In this document: positions 34,626-44,047 of the stretch, one piece after another
How the letters are laid out: each line of letters begins with the position of its first letter
Numbering within the stretch: position 1 is the first letter of the stretch
Virus record (IMG/VR): IMGVR_UViG_3300043747_000021
Location: 1-52,282 of that record
Source: a virus
Lineage: Duplodnaviria > Caudoviricetes
Strand: one strand, 5' to 3'
Length of the DNA: 52,282 bases
Made by a program: the position numbers and the translations under genes
Notes under the pieces: model-generated
Seen by the model: the letters and a program-made list of their open reading frames with translations, nothing else
Database searches by the model: none
What the model was told of the DNA's origin: nothing

Positions 34626-37600
34626 ATGACCGTGAACGTAACATCGGTTGATCGCTTATTTGGCGTAAACGAGGGGCTCGCCATCAAGGCGCCCGTGCGT
34701 GTTGCGTCGACGGGTACGGACCTCTCGTCGGTCATCAACGTCGGCGGTCTCATCACGATCGACGGCATCGCAGTGGCGGCCGGCGATCGCGTGCTGCTCA
34801 AGGACCAGACCGACCCAACGCAGAACGGCATCTGGACGGCGTCGACGGGCCCATGGACGCGCACCGTGGACGCCGACGGCAATCGCGATCTCGCGCGCGG
34901 CACTATCGTGTTCGTGACCGACGGCGCCGCCAATGGCAATACCACGTGGACGCTTGTCGCGACAAATCCGGTGCTCATCGGCTCGTCGCCGCAGCAATGG
35001 GTGCTCAACATTCAGGAGGCGCCCGGTAGCTTGGACGTGCCGGTCTATGCAACAGTCGCTGCGGTTGGCGCCGCGCATGTGCCGGCATCCGTGACCGCGA
35101 TTCAAACGCTCGGCTACTACGCCGTCGGCGATGGCGGTGCTGCGCGCTATAACGTGGACCCGGCCAATAATTCCACTGCCATGGACGGCAACGTTCAAAG
35201 CGGCGATGGTCGGTGGTGGATGTATGTGCCGGACAGCCGTGGCGTGAACTGCAAGTCGTTCGGTGCCAAGGCCGACGGCTCCGACCAGACGCCGTACATC
35301 ACCAATCCCAATGGCTCTACTCAGTGGGGGCCGTTGAATATCACCGGCACTGACAACACCGCATTCATTCAAGCGGCGATCAATTTTGCGGTGCGCAACG
35401 GGATCAGGGTGGTTTACCTGCCGGGCGGCGCCGGCGGCTATGGCTACGTCGTCAAGAGCACCATTCATCTTGGCTGGGGTAACGGTTTTTATTCGGTGGA
35501 TTTCCAGGGCGATAATTCCGCATTTGCTCACGGCTTGGCCGGCACCATCATCATCTTCACGGCGACCGACCGCCAGTGCATGAACATAGCCGGAGCCCGC
35601 GCCAATACCATAACCGGGATTAATTTCTATTTTCCCCAGAACTCATACTATGTGCAAAATCATATAGCTCTGACTTACCAATTCTTACCCAACACCTCTC
35701 CTGCCTGGGGACCGCTGCCGGCCAATCCTGCGTCATGGTGCGATCCGACTCTGACCAATGCGCTGGCGCTCAACTGCCCCCTTGCCGCCATTACTGTTGA
35801 TGCCTGGTCCGGCAGCCGGCCGACACCATCCTATCCCGATCCAGTCTTTCCGCCATGGACCGGCATCACTACGCCCTATGGCCGGGCGCTCTCATCGACG
35901 GTGCGGATCAGGGATTGCTTCTTCATCGGCTGGCCGGTGGCGTTCGTGCTCGGCGTCAACACTGCGGCTCAGGGCGATTTCACCTCGATCAACAACTGCT
36001 TCATCCAGTATGGTGCCTACGGCATTTCCATTAATAATACCCAATCCAGAAATGTTGATATACGTAACATTTACTTTGCTTTCATGAACACTCTTTTGGA
36101 CAATACAAGTTTTGGCGGGAAAAATGGCGAGTGGGCCGGTCCGATCATGAATTTGTCGGGCGGTGAAAGCTACCAGATATTCAATTTCGGAACCGGGCTT
36201 GTTGGCGGCCTGACTATCTCCAATGTGTATTCTGAGGGCGGCTTGCGCCGTTTTGGCGTATGGGGTTCGTATCAGGGATTAAAGTTGGAAAATTGGCTCA
36301 TCACTTTCGACGACAGCCAATATGAGGCGTCGAGGGGTTTGGTCGAAAACCTGTACCAGGGAACCGTTACCTTCGAGAGATGCCAATTTGGCAATAATTA
36401 CGGCATTCAGAATCTCGCGTGGGCCCCCAGCGGCGCCGGCGCCAAAACCATCGTTGGCGACGGCAACTATTTCACCAGCGGCACGCGCTTTACGGGAAGC
36501 ACTGGCGTGCCCGGCTATCAGGCCCAAGCCTATGGCGGCGGCTTTTTGATCAATGGTTTTTTAGCGCCCTATCCTGCGGCGCAAAACAAGTTGCGCGGTG
36601 CATCCGCGGCTTACGTCGCATATCCCACCTTGCGTGCCTATGTAAACTGGAGCGATGAGGATATTCCCGGCGGCTTTGGCGGCACGTATATCGCTCTTTT
36701 TCGCGATGGTGTGACTGCGTTCCGCGATGCCATATACAGCCGGCGTTGGCAAATCAGGGATTTCAATCCGAGTTTTACCCCGTTGAGCAATTCCGGCAGA
36801 CTGGCGAAGACCGGCGTGAGCGGCTCGACCATGACCAATCTCGCCCAATCCGGCGAGACGGTGACATTCACGCACACGATTGCAGGCTCTCGCGAGGCGT
36901 CGTTCGGATACAATCATTACGGCTTCGGCGTCGGCGACATGCTGGTCGACAACAATACCGGCGCCATTCTCGTCGTCACTGCCAAAACGCTGACGAGCGG
37001 TGCTGCTCCCCCGGCAACGACCGGGGTTTACACCGTCACCGCCGTTCAACAGAACGCCTATATCAGCTATCCCAATAACACAGTCATCGGCACCGGCAAC
37101 GGTACACAGACAGCTTTCACTGCGACGCTGACCAATCTGCCGGTGCGCGCCAACAGCGTCACCGTCAAGACCGCGGTGGTGACAGGCACGGACGACGGCA
37201 ACGGTAATATCACCGGCTCAGGAATCGCGGCGGGCTCGACCATCAATTACACCACTGGCGCGGTGACGGTGAATTTCACCACGGCGCCGGCCAGCGGTGT
37301 CGCGGTCAATCTCATGTCGCAGGGAAATTGGACGACAACGACGGTTTTATCCTCAGGCGCAGCAACCACGGTGCCAACCTCGGGCGGATATTTCCAGGTC
37401 GTTCGTTCCACCAACGTCATGCCGTTGGTTGTCTATTTCGGCGATTTCACCGCCGGCTCTCCCAACGTTGTCAATATTCATGCCGGCGATTTCAACGGGA
37501 GTCAGATAGCAAGCAACCTGCTCCCTGGCATGCTGCTGTTTGCCCCCGGCCTATTCAATAACAGTACCACTGTCCAGGCACCGAGTATGGCCGAGTATCC

Positions 37601-38516
37601 GGTACGGGAAAGCACTTTCATCGGCGCCCTGACCAATGGCACCGGCTTGACTGGTGGAACGATGACGTTGGTGGGATTGGACGGTACCACGCCGGTCAAC
37701 GCGATCAACACCGGCCGGTATCCGATTTCGACGGTCGGACTTGATCCGCCGGTAGGCGCTGGGGTGGCAACTGTCGCCCGCAGCAGTTTGGCGGGACTAA
37801 TGCTGTCGACCAACGGCATCACCCAGCTCACCATTGCCCCCGGTGCCGCCGCCGACTCGACCAACCTCGATACCATCACGCTGTCGGCCTCGCTCAATAA
37901 AACCATGGTGGCGTGGGGTGGCGGCAACAACCAGGGCGGGCTCGACACGGGCGCGATAGCTCCCTCGACTTGGTATCATGTATTTCTCATCAAGAAGCCG
38001 ACCACCAACCCGGTCAATCCCAACGTCGACGCGCTGTTCTCACTCAGCCCCACCGCGCCAACTTTGCCGACAGGCTATACGCTGTTCCGCCGCCTTGGCT
38101 CCATACGCACCACTGCGGCGAGCCAGTGGACCACCTTCGTGCAGAACGGCGACGAGTTCCTGTGGACGACCGCCGTGAACGACGTTAATGCCGTCGCGAT
38201 CACCACGACGCCGATCATGACCACGCTCACAGTGCCGACCGGGCTCCAGGTATTTGCAGCGATGAACGCCGCCATCAACGCCACCACTGCTCCAGCGTCG
38301 CTATTGCTTAATTCACCGGACGAGAGCGCTCAGGCTGCCACGGCGACCAATGCCTCGGTGCGAACCGACGTGTCTGCGGCGGCAATGGCAACCAATGTGG
38401 TCTATATTCGCACCAACACCTCAGCCCAGGTCAGGGCGGTGGGCGATGGCGCGACGGGCGCGGCATACTCGATTTACACCCGCGGCTGGGTCGATCGCCG
38501 CGGTCGCGATCTCTAA
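34626..38516 (+). CDS. Tailspike/tail fibre with beta-helix (pectate-lyase-like) depolymerase domain
   Basis: N-terminal 'KAPVRVA...TIDG..V..GDRVL.KDQTD..QNGI', 'FGAKADG...DNTAFIQAAI...VYLP', C-terminal 'GGLDTG....STWYHVF...SPTAPTLPTGY'. Confidence 0.88.
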   Translation: MTVNVTSVDRLFGVNEGLAIKAPVRVASTGTDLSSVINVGGLITIDGIAVAAGDRVLLKDQTDPTQNGIWTASTGPWTRTVDADGNRDLARGTIVFVTDGAANGNTTWTLVATNPVLIGSSPQQWVLNIQEAPGSLDVPVYATVAAVGAAHVPASVTAIQTLGYYAVGDGGAARYNVDPANNSTAMDGNVQSGDGRWWMYVPDSRGVNCKSFGAKADGSDQTPYITNPNGSTQWGPLNITGTDNTAFIQAAINFAVRNGIRVVYLPGGAGGYGYVVKSTIHLGWGNGFYSVDFQGDNSAFAHGLAGTIIIFTATDRQCMNIAGARANTITGINFYFPQNSYYVQNHIALTYQFLPNTSPAWGPLPANPASWCDPTLTNALALNCPLAAITVDAWSGSRPTPSYPDPVFPPWTGITTPYGRALSSTVRIRDCFFIGWPVAFVLGVNTAAQGDFTSINNCFIQYGAYGISINNTQSRNVDIRNIYFAFMNTLLDNTSFGGKNGEWAGPIMNLSGGESYQIFNFGTGLVGGLTISNVYSEGGLRRFGVWGSYQGLKLENWLITFDDSQYEASRGLVENLYQGTVTFERCQFGNNYGIQNLAWAPSGAGAKTIVGDGNYFTSGTRFTGSTGVPGYQAQAYGGGFLINGFLAPYPAAQNKLRGASAAYVAYPTLRAYVNWSDEDIPGGFGGTYIALFRDGVTAFRDAIYSRRWQIRDFNPSFTPLSNSGRLAKTGVSGSTMTNLAQSGETVTFTHTIAGSREASFGYNHYGFGVGDMLVDNNTGAILVVTAKTLTSGAAPPATTGVYTVTAVQQNAYISYPNNTVIGTGNGTQTAFTATLTNLPVRANSVTVKTAVVTGTDDGNGNITGSGIAAGSTINYTTGAVTVNFTTAPASGVAVNLMSQGNWTTTTVLSSGAATTVPTSGGYFQVVRSTNVMPLVVYFGDFTAGSPNVVNIHAGDFNGSQIASNLLPGMLLFAPGLFNNSTTVQAPSMAEYPVRESTFIGALTNGTGLTGGTMTLVGLDGTTPVNAINTGRYPISTVGLDPPVGAGVATVARSSLAGLMLSTNGITQLTIAPGAAADSTNLDTITLSASLNKTMVAWGGGNNQGGLDTGAIAPSTWYHVFLIKKPTTNPVNPNVDALFSLSPTAPTLPTGYTLFRRLGSIRTTAASQWTTFVQNGDEFLWTTAVNDVNAVAITTTPIMTTLTVPTGLQVFAAMNAAINATTAPASLLLNSPDESAQAATATNASVRTDVSAAAMATNVVYIRTNTSAQVRAVGDGATGAAYSIYTRGWVDRRGRDL

Positions 38517-38546
38517 GCAACAAGCACCTGAAACAGGAGATCACTC

Positions 38547-38825
38547 ATGCCAGCAATCCCGATCCTGAAAACTATTCTCGGCCGCCGCGTTGGTTTCTCG
38601 ACCCGCACGCCGTCCACTGCATCCGACTTCATCGTCGAGGGTGGCATCGTCACCAACAATCTCTCGGGCAATCCTGTGCATCTCGCGTCCGCGACGGGCG
38701 GTTTGCAGATGCCAACCGCCCAACCGACAGCGCCCGCGGCGGGCTCCATGTGGTTCAACACCACGACCCACGTCTTGCAAATCTACGACGGCACAGTGTG
38801 GCGCTCTAGCGCCGCCTTTACGTGA
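38547..38825 (+). CDS. Small virion/tail-associated protein
   Basis: 'PTAPAAGSMWFNTT...LQIYDGT.W' tail-fibre-type motif; AGGAG RBS. Confidence 0.65.
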   Translation: MPAIPILKTILGRRVGFSTRTPSTASDFIVEGGIVTNNLSGNPVHLASATGGLQMPTAQPTAPAAGSMWFNTTTHVLQIYDGTVWRSSAAFT

Positions 38826-39244
38826 CGGCGGACGCCATGCCCGAGCAATGGTTCGTCGCCGGCAAGTGCTCGTGGTTCGGCGGACCGGACGATGACGGCG
38901 TTGCGCCCGACGAGGGCCTCGCGTTCATTCACAAGATCGCGCATAAGCCCGAGGTGTTCCTCCCCGAGCAGCCGCCCAAGACCACGGGGCTCGCGCGCCG
39001 GCTCGATCCCAACGAGTTCTATATCGCGATGCGCTGGGACTATGATCGGTTTCCGAAGGAGTACCTGCGCGGTAACGTGCTCGCGGAGGTCACCAACCCG
39101 CGCACCGGCAAGTCGTGCTTCGCGCATCCTGTGGATTGGGGTCCGCATACGCGCACGAATCGCGTGGCGGACCTTTCGCCCGGGGTCTTCAAAGAGCTTG
39201 AGCTGAATACGGACGACGAGGTCGAAATAAGGTTTCCCGCATAA
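38822..39244 (+). CDS. RlpA-like double-psi beta-barrel protein (possible lytic transglycosylase)
   Basis: 'G.CSWFG', 'VTNPRTGKS...VDWGP....RVADLS..VF.EL'. Confidence 0.7.
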   Translation: MTADAMPEQWFVAGKCSWFGGPDDDGVAPDEGLAFIHKIAHKPEVFLPEQPPKTTGLARRLDPNEFYIAMRWDYDRFPKEYLRGNVLAEVTNPRTGKSCFAHPVDWGPHTRTNRVADLSPGVFKELELNTDDEVEIRFPA

Positions 39245-40798
39245 ATGATGCTCGACGAAGTCATCACCCGCGTTAAATGCCTAGCTCCCATCGAGCGCGA
39301 TGCGATGGAAAGGCAGGCTGTGAAATACATGCCGCTATGGCTGCCCAACGCCGGGCCGCAGCGGCAGGCATGCATGAGCGAGGCCGACGAGCTGCTATTC
39401 GGCGGGGCAGCTGGGGGCGGTAAGACCGATGTCTGCATCGGCCTCGCGCTTACCCAGCACAAACGCTCGCTCATTCTGCGCCGCATCAACAAGGACGTGC
39501 AGGCGATCGTCGATCGCTGCAAGGATATCGTCGGACACGGTGACGGCTATAACGGGCAACTCCAGCGCTGGCGCTTTGCCGACGGCAGATACATTCATTT
39601 CAGTGGTTGTGAGCATGAGGAGGACAAGCAAAGGTTTAAGGGGGACCCCCACGATTTGATCGCTGCGGACGAGGCGAGCGATCTCACCTACTCACAATTT
39701 CGCTTCATCATCGGCTGGAATCGCTCGTCCGATCTGCGTCAGCGCTGCCGGGTGGTGTGCGCGAGTAATCCGCCGACGACGGCCGAGGGGCTGTGGCTCA
39801 TCAAGCATTGGGCGCCGTGGCTCGATCCGACGCATCCGCGGCCGGCGCTGCCGGGCGAGCTGCGCTGGTTCACGACGGATGCGAGTGGCGATGACGTTGA
39901 GGTCGACGGCAAGGGTCCGCATAACGTGCGCGGCTTCATGCAGCCGGTCATGGCGCGCTCGCGCACGTTCATCCCGTCGCGGCTGGAGGACAATCCCGAT
40001 CTCGCCATGACCAACTACCGTGCCGTGCTCGCCGCGTTGCCGGTCGAGCTGCGGGCGGCGTACATGGAGGGCCGGTTTGACGCGGTCCAGAAGGACCAGC
40101 AGTTCCAGGTGATCCCGACGGCCTGGATCGTCGAGGCGCAAAAACGCTGGATCGCAACCGGCTGGAAGGAATACGCCATGACCGCAATGGCAATCGATCC
40201 GGCCGGCGGTGGCGGTGATGCGCAAGTCATCGCGGTGCGCCACGGTACATGGGTCGGGCCGCTGATTACGGAAACGGGCGCCGATACCGCCGACGGCGCC
40301 AGGACCGTTGGCACCATCATCAAGCACCGTCGCGATAACGCGCCACTGGTGATTGACGTGGGCGGGGGCTACGGCGGCGCTACGCTGTTGCGGATGCGGG
40401 AGAACGGTTTACCCTACCTGACGTTCAACGGCTCATCCACGAGCACGGCTCGCAGCAGGGACGGGCAATTACGGATGATCAACGCGCGCGCGCAAGCGTG
40501 GTGGCAATTGCGAGAGGAACTCGACCCTGAACAAATCGGGGGGGCGTCGCTGGCGCTGCCGCCCGATGCGGAACTCAAGGCGGATTTGGCGGCGCCGACT
40601 TACGAGGTGACAAGCCGCGGCATTAAGATCGAGGCTAAGGACGAGTTGCGTGTGCGGCTCGGCCGCTCGCCCGGCAAGGGCGATGCTGTAGCGATGTGCC
40701 TGTCGTTCGGCAATGCGGCGCGGCGATCGATGCTCATGAGCAACGGACCTATGCCGAAGGTCATCATGGGCCACGAGGCGGTGCGCCGCAGGAGGTGA
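39245..40798 (+). CDS. terL: Terminase large subunit
   Basis: Walker A GGAAGGGKT, Walker B LIAADE, ASNP motif, nuclease 'AIDPAGGGGD' and 'SPGKGDA'. Confidence 0.95.
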   Translation: MMLDEVITRVKCLAPIERDAMERQAVKYMPLWLPNAGPQRQACMSEADELLFGGAAGGGKTDVCIGLALTQHKRSLILRRINKDVQAIVDRCKDIVGHGDGYNGQLQRWRFADGRYIHFSGCEHEEDKQRFKGDPHDLIAADEASDLTYSQFRFIIGWNRSSDLRQRCRVVCASNPPTTAEGLWLIKHWAPWLDPTHPRPALPGELRWFTTDASGDDVEVDGKGPHNVRGFMQPVMARSRTFIPSRLEDNPDLAMTNYRAVLAALPVELRAAYMEGRFDAVQKDQQFQVIPTAWIVEAQKRWIATGWKEYAMTAMAIDPAGGGGDAQVIAVRHGTWVGPLITETGADTADGARTVGTIIKHRRDNAPLVIDVGGGYGGATLLRMRENGLPYLTFNGSSTSTARSRDGQLRMINARAQAWWQLREELDPEQIGGASLALPPDAELKADLAAPTYEVTSRGIKIEAKDELRVRLGRSPGKGDAVAMCLSFGNAARRSMLMSNGPMPKVIMGHEAVRRRR

Positions 40799-40801
40799 GT
40801 C

Positions 40802-41167
40802 ATGTCAGGATTATTCAGCGGCCTGTTCGGCGGCGGCCAGCAGACCGCGCCCGCGGCACCACCCGCGCCGCCGCCGCCCGACGCGACGCCGCCCGCGGGA
40901 TCGGTCGTCTACGGCCCACCGGCGCCCGGGGAACCGGGAGGGCCGCCAATAAAGCCGGTGCCAGAGGCCGGGCGGGCGGGGCTCAAGAAGCCGGCAGACG
41001 TGAGCGCAGCGGAAAAGCTAGAAACTGTCGGACACCCGCCGGATTGGTTGATTTTACCAACAAGCACTGACGAAGAGCCGCCGCGGCAGGAATACCCGGT
41101 ATATGACGACAAGGGCCAGCGCCGTACTATGCTCGGCCCGCGCTATCCCAACGTGTTCCCCGTGTAG
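40802..41167 (+). CDS. Pro-rich small virion protein
   Basis: MSGLFSGLFGGG N-terminus; lies between TerL and portal. Confidence 0.7.
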   Translation: MSGLFSGLFGGGQQTAPAAPPAPPPPDATPPAGSVVYGPPAPGEPGGPPIKPVPEAGRAGLKKPADVSAAEKLETVGHPPDWLILPTSTDEEPPRQEYPVYDDKGQRRTMLGPRYPNVFPV

Positions 41168-41175
41168 GAGGTCCC

Positions 41176-41403
41176 ATGTCTGGATTGTTTGGCGGCGGCG
41201 GTGGCTCTTCTCCTCCCCCGCCTCCGGTCATCCCGCCGACGCCGGTGATGCCGGACCCGCAATCGCCGCAAGTGCTGGAGGCGCAGCAGGTCCAGATTGC
41301 CGATGCGCAGCGCCGCTCGGGCCGCCGCTCGACCATCCTCGACCAGACGGTGACCCCGCAGCCCTATTCGGGCACGGTCGCGGGAGCCGGTGCCGGCCGC
41401 TGA
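41176..41403 (+). CDS. Small virion protein (T7 gp7.3-like position)
   Basis: MSGLFGGG, poly-Pro, 'RRSGRRSTIL'; AGGAGG RBS. Confidence 0.75.
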   Translation: MSGLFGGGGGSSPPPPPVIPPTPVMPDPQSPQVLEAQQVQIADAQRRSGRRSTILDQTVTPQPYSGTVAGAGAGR

Positions 41404-41406
41404 CGC

Positions 41407-43098
41407 ATGAAATCAAAGGCGCAGGAAGTCATCAGGCTTGGCGAGAAACTGTTCAACGACCGCATCTCGCTTCAAAGCCTGTGGCAGGACATTTCCGACC
41501 AGTTCTATCCCGAGCGTGCGACCTTCACGACGTCGTGGGAGCCCGGGCAGGACTACGCCGCCCATTTGATGACTGGTTATCCGGCGCTCCAGGTCCGTGA
41601 GCTGGCCGACCAGCTTGCCGGCATGTTGCGCCCGCGCTCCAAGCTATGGGCCAAGATCGTCCCGACCGACGGCCGGCTGACGCAGGACATTACCAACCAG
41701 CGGTGGCTCACCATGGCGAGCGAGCAGCAGCGCCGCGCCATGTACCAAAGCCGCGCCGGGTTTCTGCGCGCCACCAAGACCGGCGACAACGACTTTGTGA
41801 CGTTCGGCCAATGCGTGATCCTGCCGTCGCTCAATTTCGACAAGGACGGCTTGCTGTATCGGTGTTTCCACCTCGGCGACGTGGCGTGGATGGAATCGGC
41901 CAATCTCGACATTCACACCGTGGTGCGCCGCGACAAGATGACGAATTACGACCAGTGCAAGTTCTTCCCACGCACGGTGTCGGACGACGTCAAGGTCAAG
42001 GTCGAGGACGACCCCTATTCGGAATCCGACGTCTGGCATGTCGTGCTGCCGGCGGATCGCTATGATCTTCGCAGCAACCGGCGGCAATTTCCGTTCGTGT
42101 CGCTCTTTGTCGACAAGACCCACGAGGTGATCCTTGAGGAAAAGCCGGCGCGCCGCATCGGCTACTGCATCCCGCGCTGGCGGCTCGGGCCGTTCAAGCA
42201 ATACGCGGTGTCGCCCGTCACCATGCTCGCGCTGCCAGACTCGCGGTTGTTGCAGCAGATGACGCTCGCCATGCTGGAGGCCGCCGAGAAGGCGGCGAAT
42301 CCGCCGCTGGTGGCGACGATCGACGTCGTGCGCCAGGACATGCAGGTCTTTGCCGGCGGCATCACCTGGGTCGATCGCGATTACGACGAGCGGCTCGGGC
42401 AGGCGCTGCATCCGCTGACGCAAGATTTCAGAGGGATTCAGTACGGCGTCAACATGCTTGAGCAGGTGCGCGCCATGCTCAAGGAAACGTTTTTCTTGAA
42501 CAAAATCCAGTTGCCCGAAATCGGCGATCGCGCCACCGCTTACGAGATGAAGCAGCGCGTCGACGAATACGTGCGCGGCGTGCTGCCCCTCTTTGAACCC
42601 ATGGAGACCGAATATAACGCCTCGCTCTGCAACGAGACGTTTGCCATCATGCGCGACAATGCCGGCTTTGGTCCGTGGGACCAGATGCCGCCGGGCTTGC
42701 GTGGCGCCGATGTGCATTTCGAGTTCGAATCGCCGCTACAGGCGACCGCCGAGCGCGCCAAGGTCGAGGCGCTGGCCGCCGCCGGGCAGATCATCCAGGG
42801 CGCAGCGCCGCTCGATCCGACCGTGACCAAGCTCATCAACGTGCCGCAAGCCGTGTCCGACGCGCTCCAAGGCGCCGAGGTGCCGCCGAGCTGGCGCAAC
42901 GATCCCAAGAAGGTGGCGCAGGAGGTGGCGGCAATGCAGCAGATGCAGCAACTCGCCGGCATGGCGCAGATGGCGGACAAGGGCGGCGATATTGTCGGCA
43001 AGCTCGGCGAGGCTTACAAGCATTTCATGGGCGGACAGGCGGATCAGGCACGCGCCCAGCAGGTCAAGAGCGCCGGTGCGCTCGGGCCGCCGGGATGA
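41407..43098 (+). CDS. Portal (head-tail connector) protein
   Basis: 563 aa; 'D.VTFG', 'PRW....Y..SP...ALPD...LQ', 'TAYE', 'FESPL'. Confidence 0.92.
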   Translation: MKSKAQEVIRLGEKLFNDRISLQSLWQDISDQFYPERATFTTSWEPGQDYAAHLMTGYPALQVRELADQLAGMLRPRSKLWAKIVPTDGRLTQDITNQRWLTMASEQQRRAMYQSRAGFLRATKTGDNDFVTFGQCVILPSLNFDKDGLLYRCFHLGDVAWMESANLDIHTVVRRDKMTNYDQCKFFPRTVSDDVKVKVEDDPYSESDVWHVVLPADRYDLRSNRRQFPFVSLFVDKTHEVILEEKPARRIGYCIPRWRLGPFKQYAVSPVTMLALPDSRLLQQMTLAMLEAAEKAANPPLVATIDVVRQDMQVFAGGITWVDRDYDERLGQALHPLTQDFRGIQYGVNMLEQVRAMLKETFFLNKIQLPEIGDRATAYEMKQRVDEYVRGVLPLFEPMETEYNASLCNETFAIMRDNAGFGPWDQMPPGLRGADVHFEFESPLQATAERAKVEALAAAGQIIQGAAPLDPTVTKLINVPQAVSDALQGAEVPPSWRNDPKKVAQEVAAMQQMQQLAGMAQMADKGGDIVGKLGEAYKHFMGGQADQARAQQVKSAGALGPPG

Positions 43099-43107
43099 GG
43101 AGGGTAC

Positions 43108-43341
43108 ATGGCGACGTTTGGCGAGAAGGCGGTCGGCCTTGATTTCAACCCGTCGGGCGATGCCACCGTGCGCAGGATCAAAGAGCTGTACGCGCAGATT
43201 ATCGACATCTGCCACACGGCACATGAGGCGCTCAAAGGCCACCCCGACGGCGCCGAGCAGGCGCGCCATTACAGCACCGCCATCACCGACGCAGAAACGG
43301 CACAGATGCGCGCGGTCAAGGCGATCACCTGGAAAACATGA
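43108..43341 (+). CDS. Acb2/Tad1-like helical-hairpin protein (candidate cyclic-nucleotide sponge)
   Basis: 'FNPSG...V.RIK...A..ID...R..S.AIT..E.AQM.AVKAIT'. Confidence 0.6.
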   Translation: MATFGEKAVGLDFNPSGDATVRRIKELYAQIIDICHTAHEALKGHPDGAEQARHYSTAITDAETAQMRAVKAITWKT

Positions 43342-43667
43342 CCACCGAGATTCGTCACCAACCGTGGCACCCGCCCAAATTCGACCGCTCCGACGCTATG
43401 GCAATGAAGGCGGTCGCCACCGGCACCGCCAACGAAAGCCAGCAGAAGCAGGCGATCGAATACATCGTCGGCACGCTGGCAATCACTTATGACGAAACTT
43501 ATTGGGCCGACAGCGAGCGTAATTCGGCATTCGCCCAAGGCCGGCGCTTCGTCGGCCTCCAAATCGTCAAGATGGTCAACTTGAGCGGCGCCGCGCTCGA
43601 ACAGCTCGACGCCGCGATCGCGCGCGAGCGCGGCCCTAGAGTTGTCCCCCGCAATGCGGGCAGGTAG
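43338..43667 (+). CDS. Bbp19-like protein
   Basis: 'SERNSAFAQGRRFVGLQI'; position between portal and scaffold. Confidence 0.8.
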   Translation: MTTEIRHQPWHPPKFDRSDAMAMKAVATGTANESQQKQAIEYIVGTLAITYDETYWADSERNSAFAQGRRFVGLQIVKMVNLSGAALEQLDAAIARERGPRVVPRNAGR

Positions 43668-43995
43668 GCCGCTCTTTCGGCGTTGACTTGCCGATCTCCC
43701 ACACGATGTTTTTCACATTGGTGCGCTCGTTGACGCGCGTCGCGCCCGAATCGCGCACGATGCCAAAATCGACCAGCTCGCGCCGCCGCGTCGACAGCGC
43801 GCGATACTCGCCGCCAAGGTAATGATGGCGATACCACGCCAGGAGTTCGGCGTCGGTCAGGCTGCCATAAGTCTGAAACAACCCCAGCACACGCGAGCGC
43901 TGGCTGCGCACATGCGGGCCGATCGCCAGCGCCCCCTCATACATGGTCGGCGGGCCGTCGTTGCGATAGGACCCAATATCGTTGGTGGTGGGCAT
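43636..43995 (-). CDS. Winged-helix DNA-binding protein with C-terminal CPHC
   Basis: 'LTDAEL...STRRRELV..GIVRDSG.TR....IVW'; GTGGAG RBS. Confidence 0.7.
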   Translation of the reverse strand: MPTTNDIGSYRNDGPPTMYEGALAIGPHVRSQRSRVLGLFQTYGSLTDAELLAWYRHHYLGGEYRALSTRRRELVDFGIVRDSGATRVNERTNVKNIVWEIGKSTPKERPTCPHCGGQL

Positions 43996-44013
43996 GGGTG
44001 GAACTCCACAATG

Positions 44014-44041
44014 TTGACGAGCGTTTTCACTTGAATAATAT
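44014..44041 (+). promoter_or_regulatory. Putative sigma70 promoter for the scaffold gene (possibly leaderless)
   Basis: TTGACG-N16-TAATAT; ATG 7 nt after the -10 box, no SD. Confidence 0.5.
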
Positions 44042-44047
44042 ATTTGC

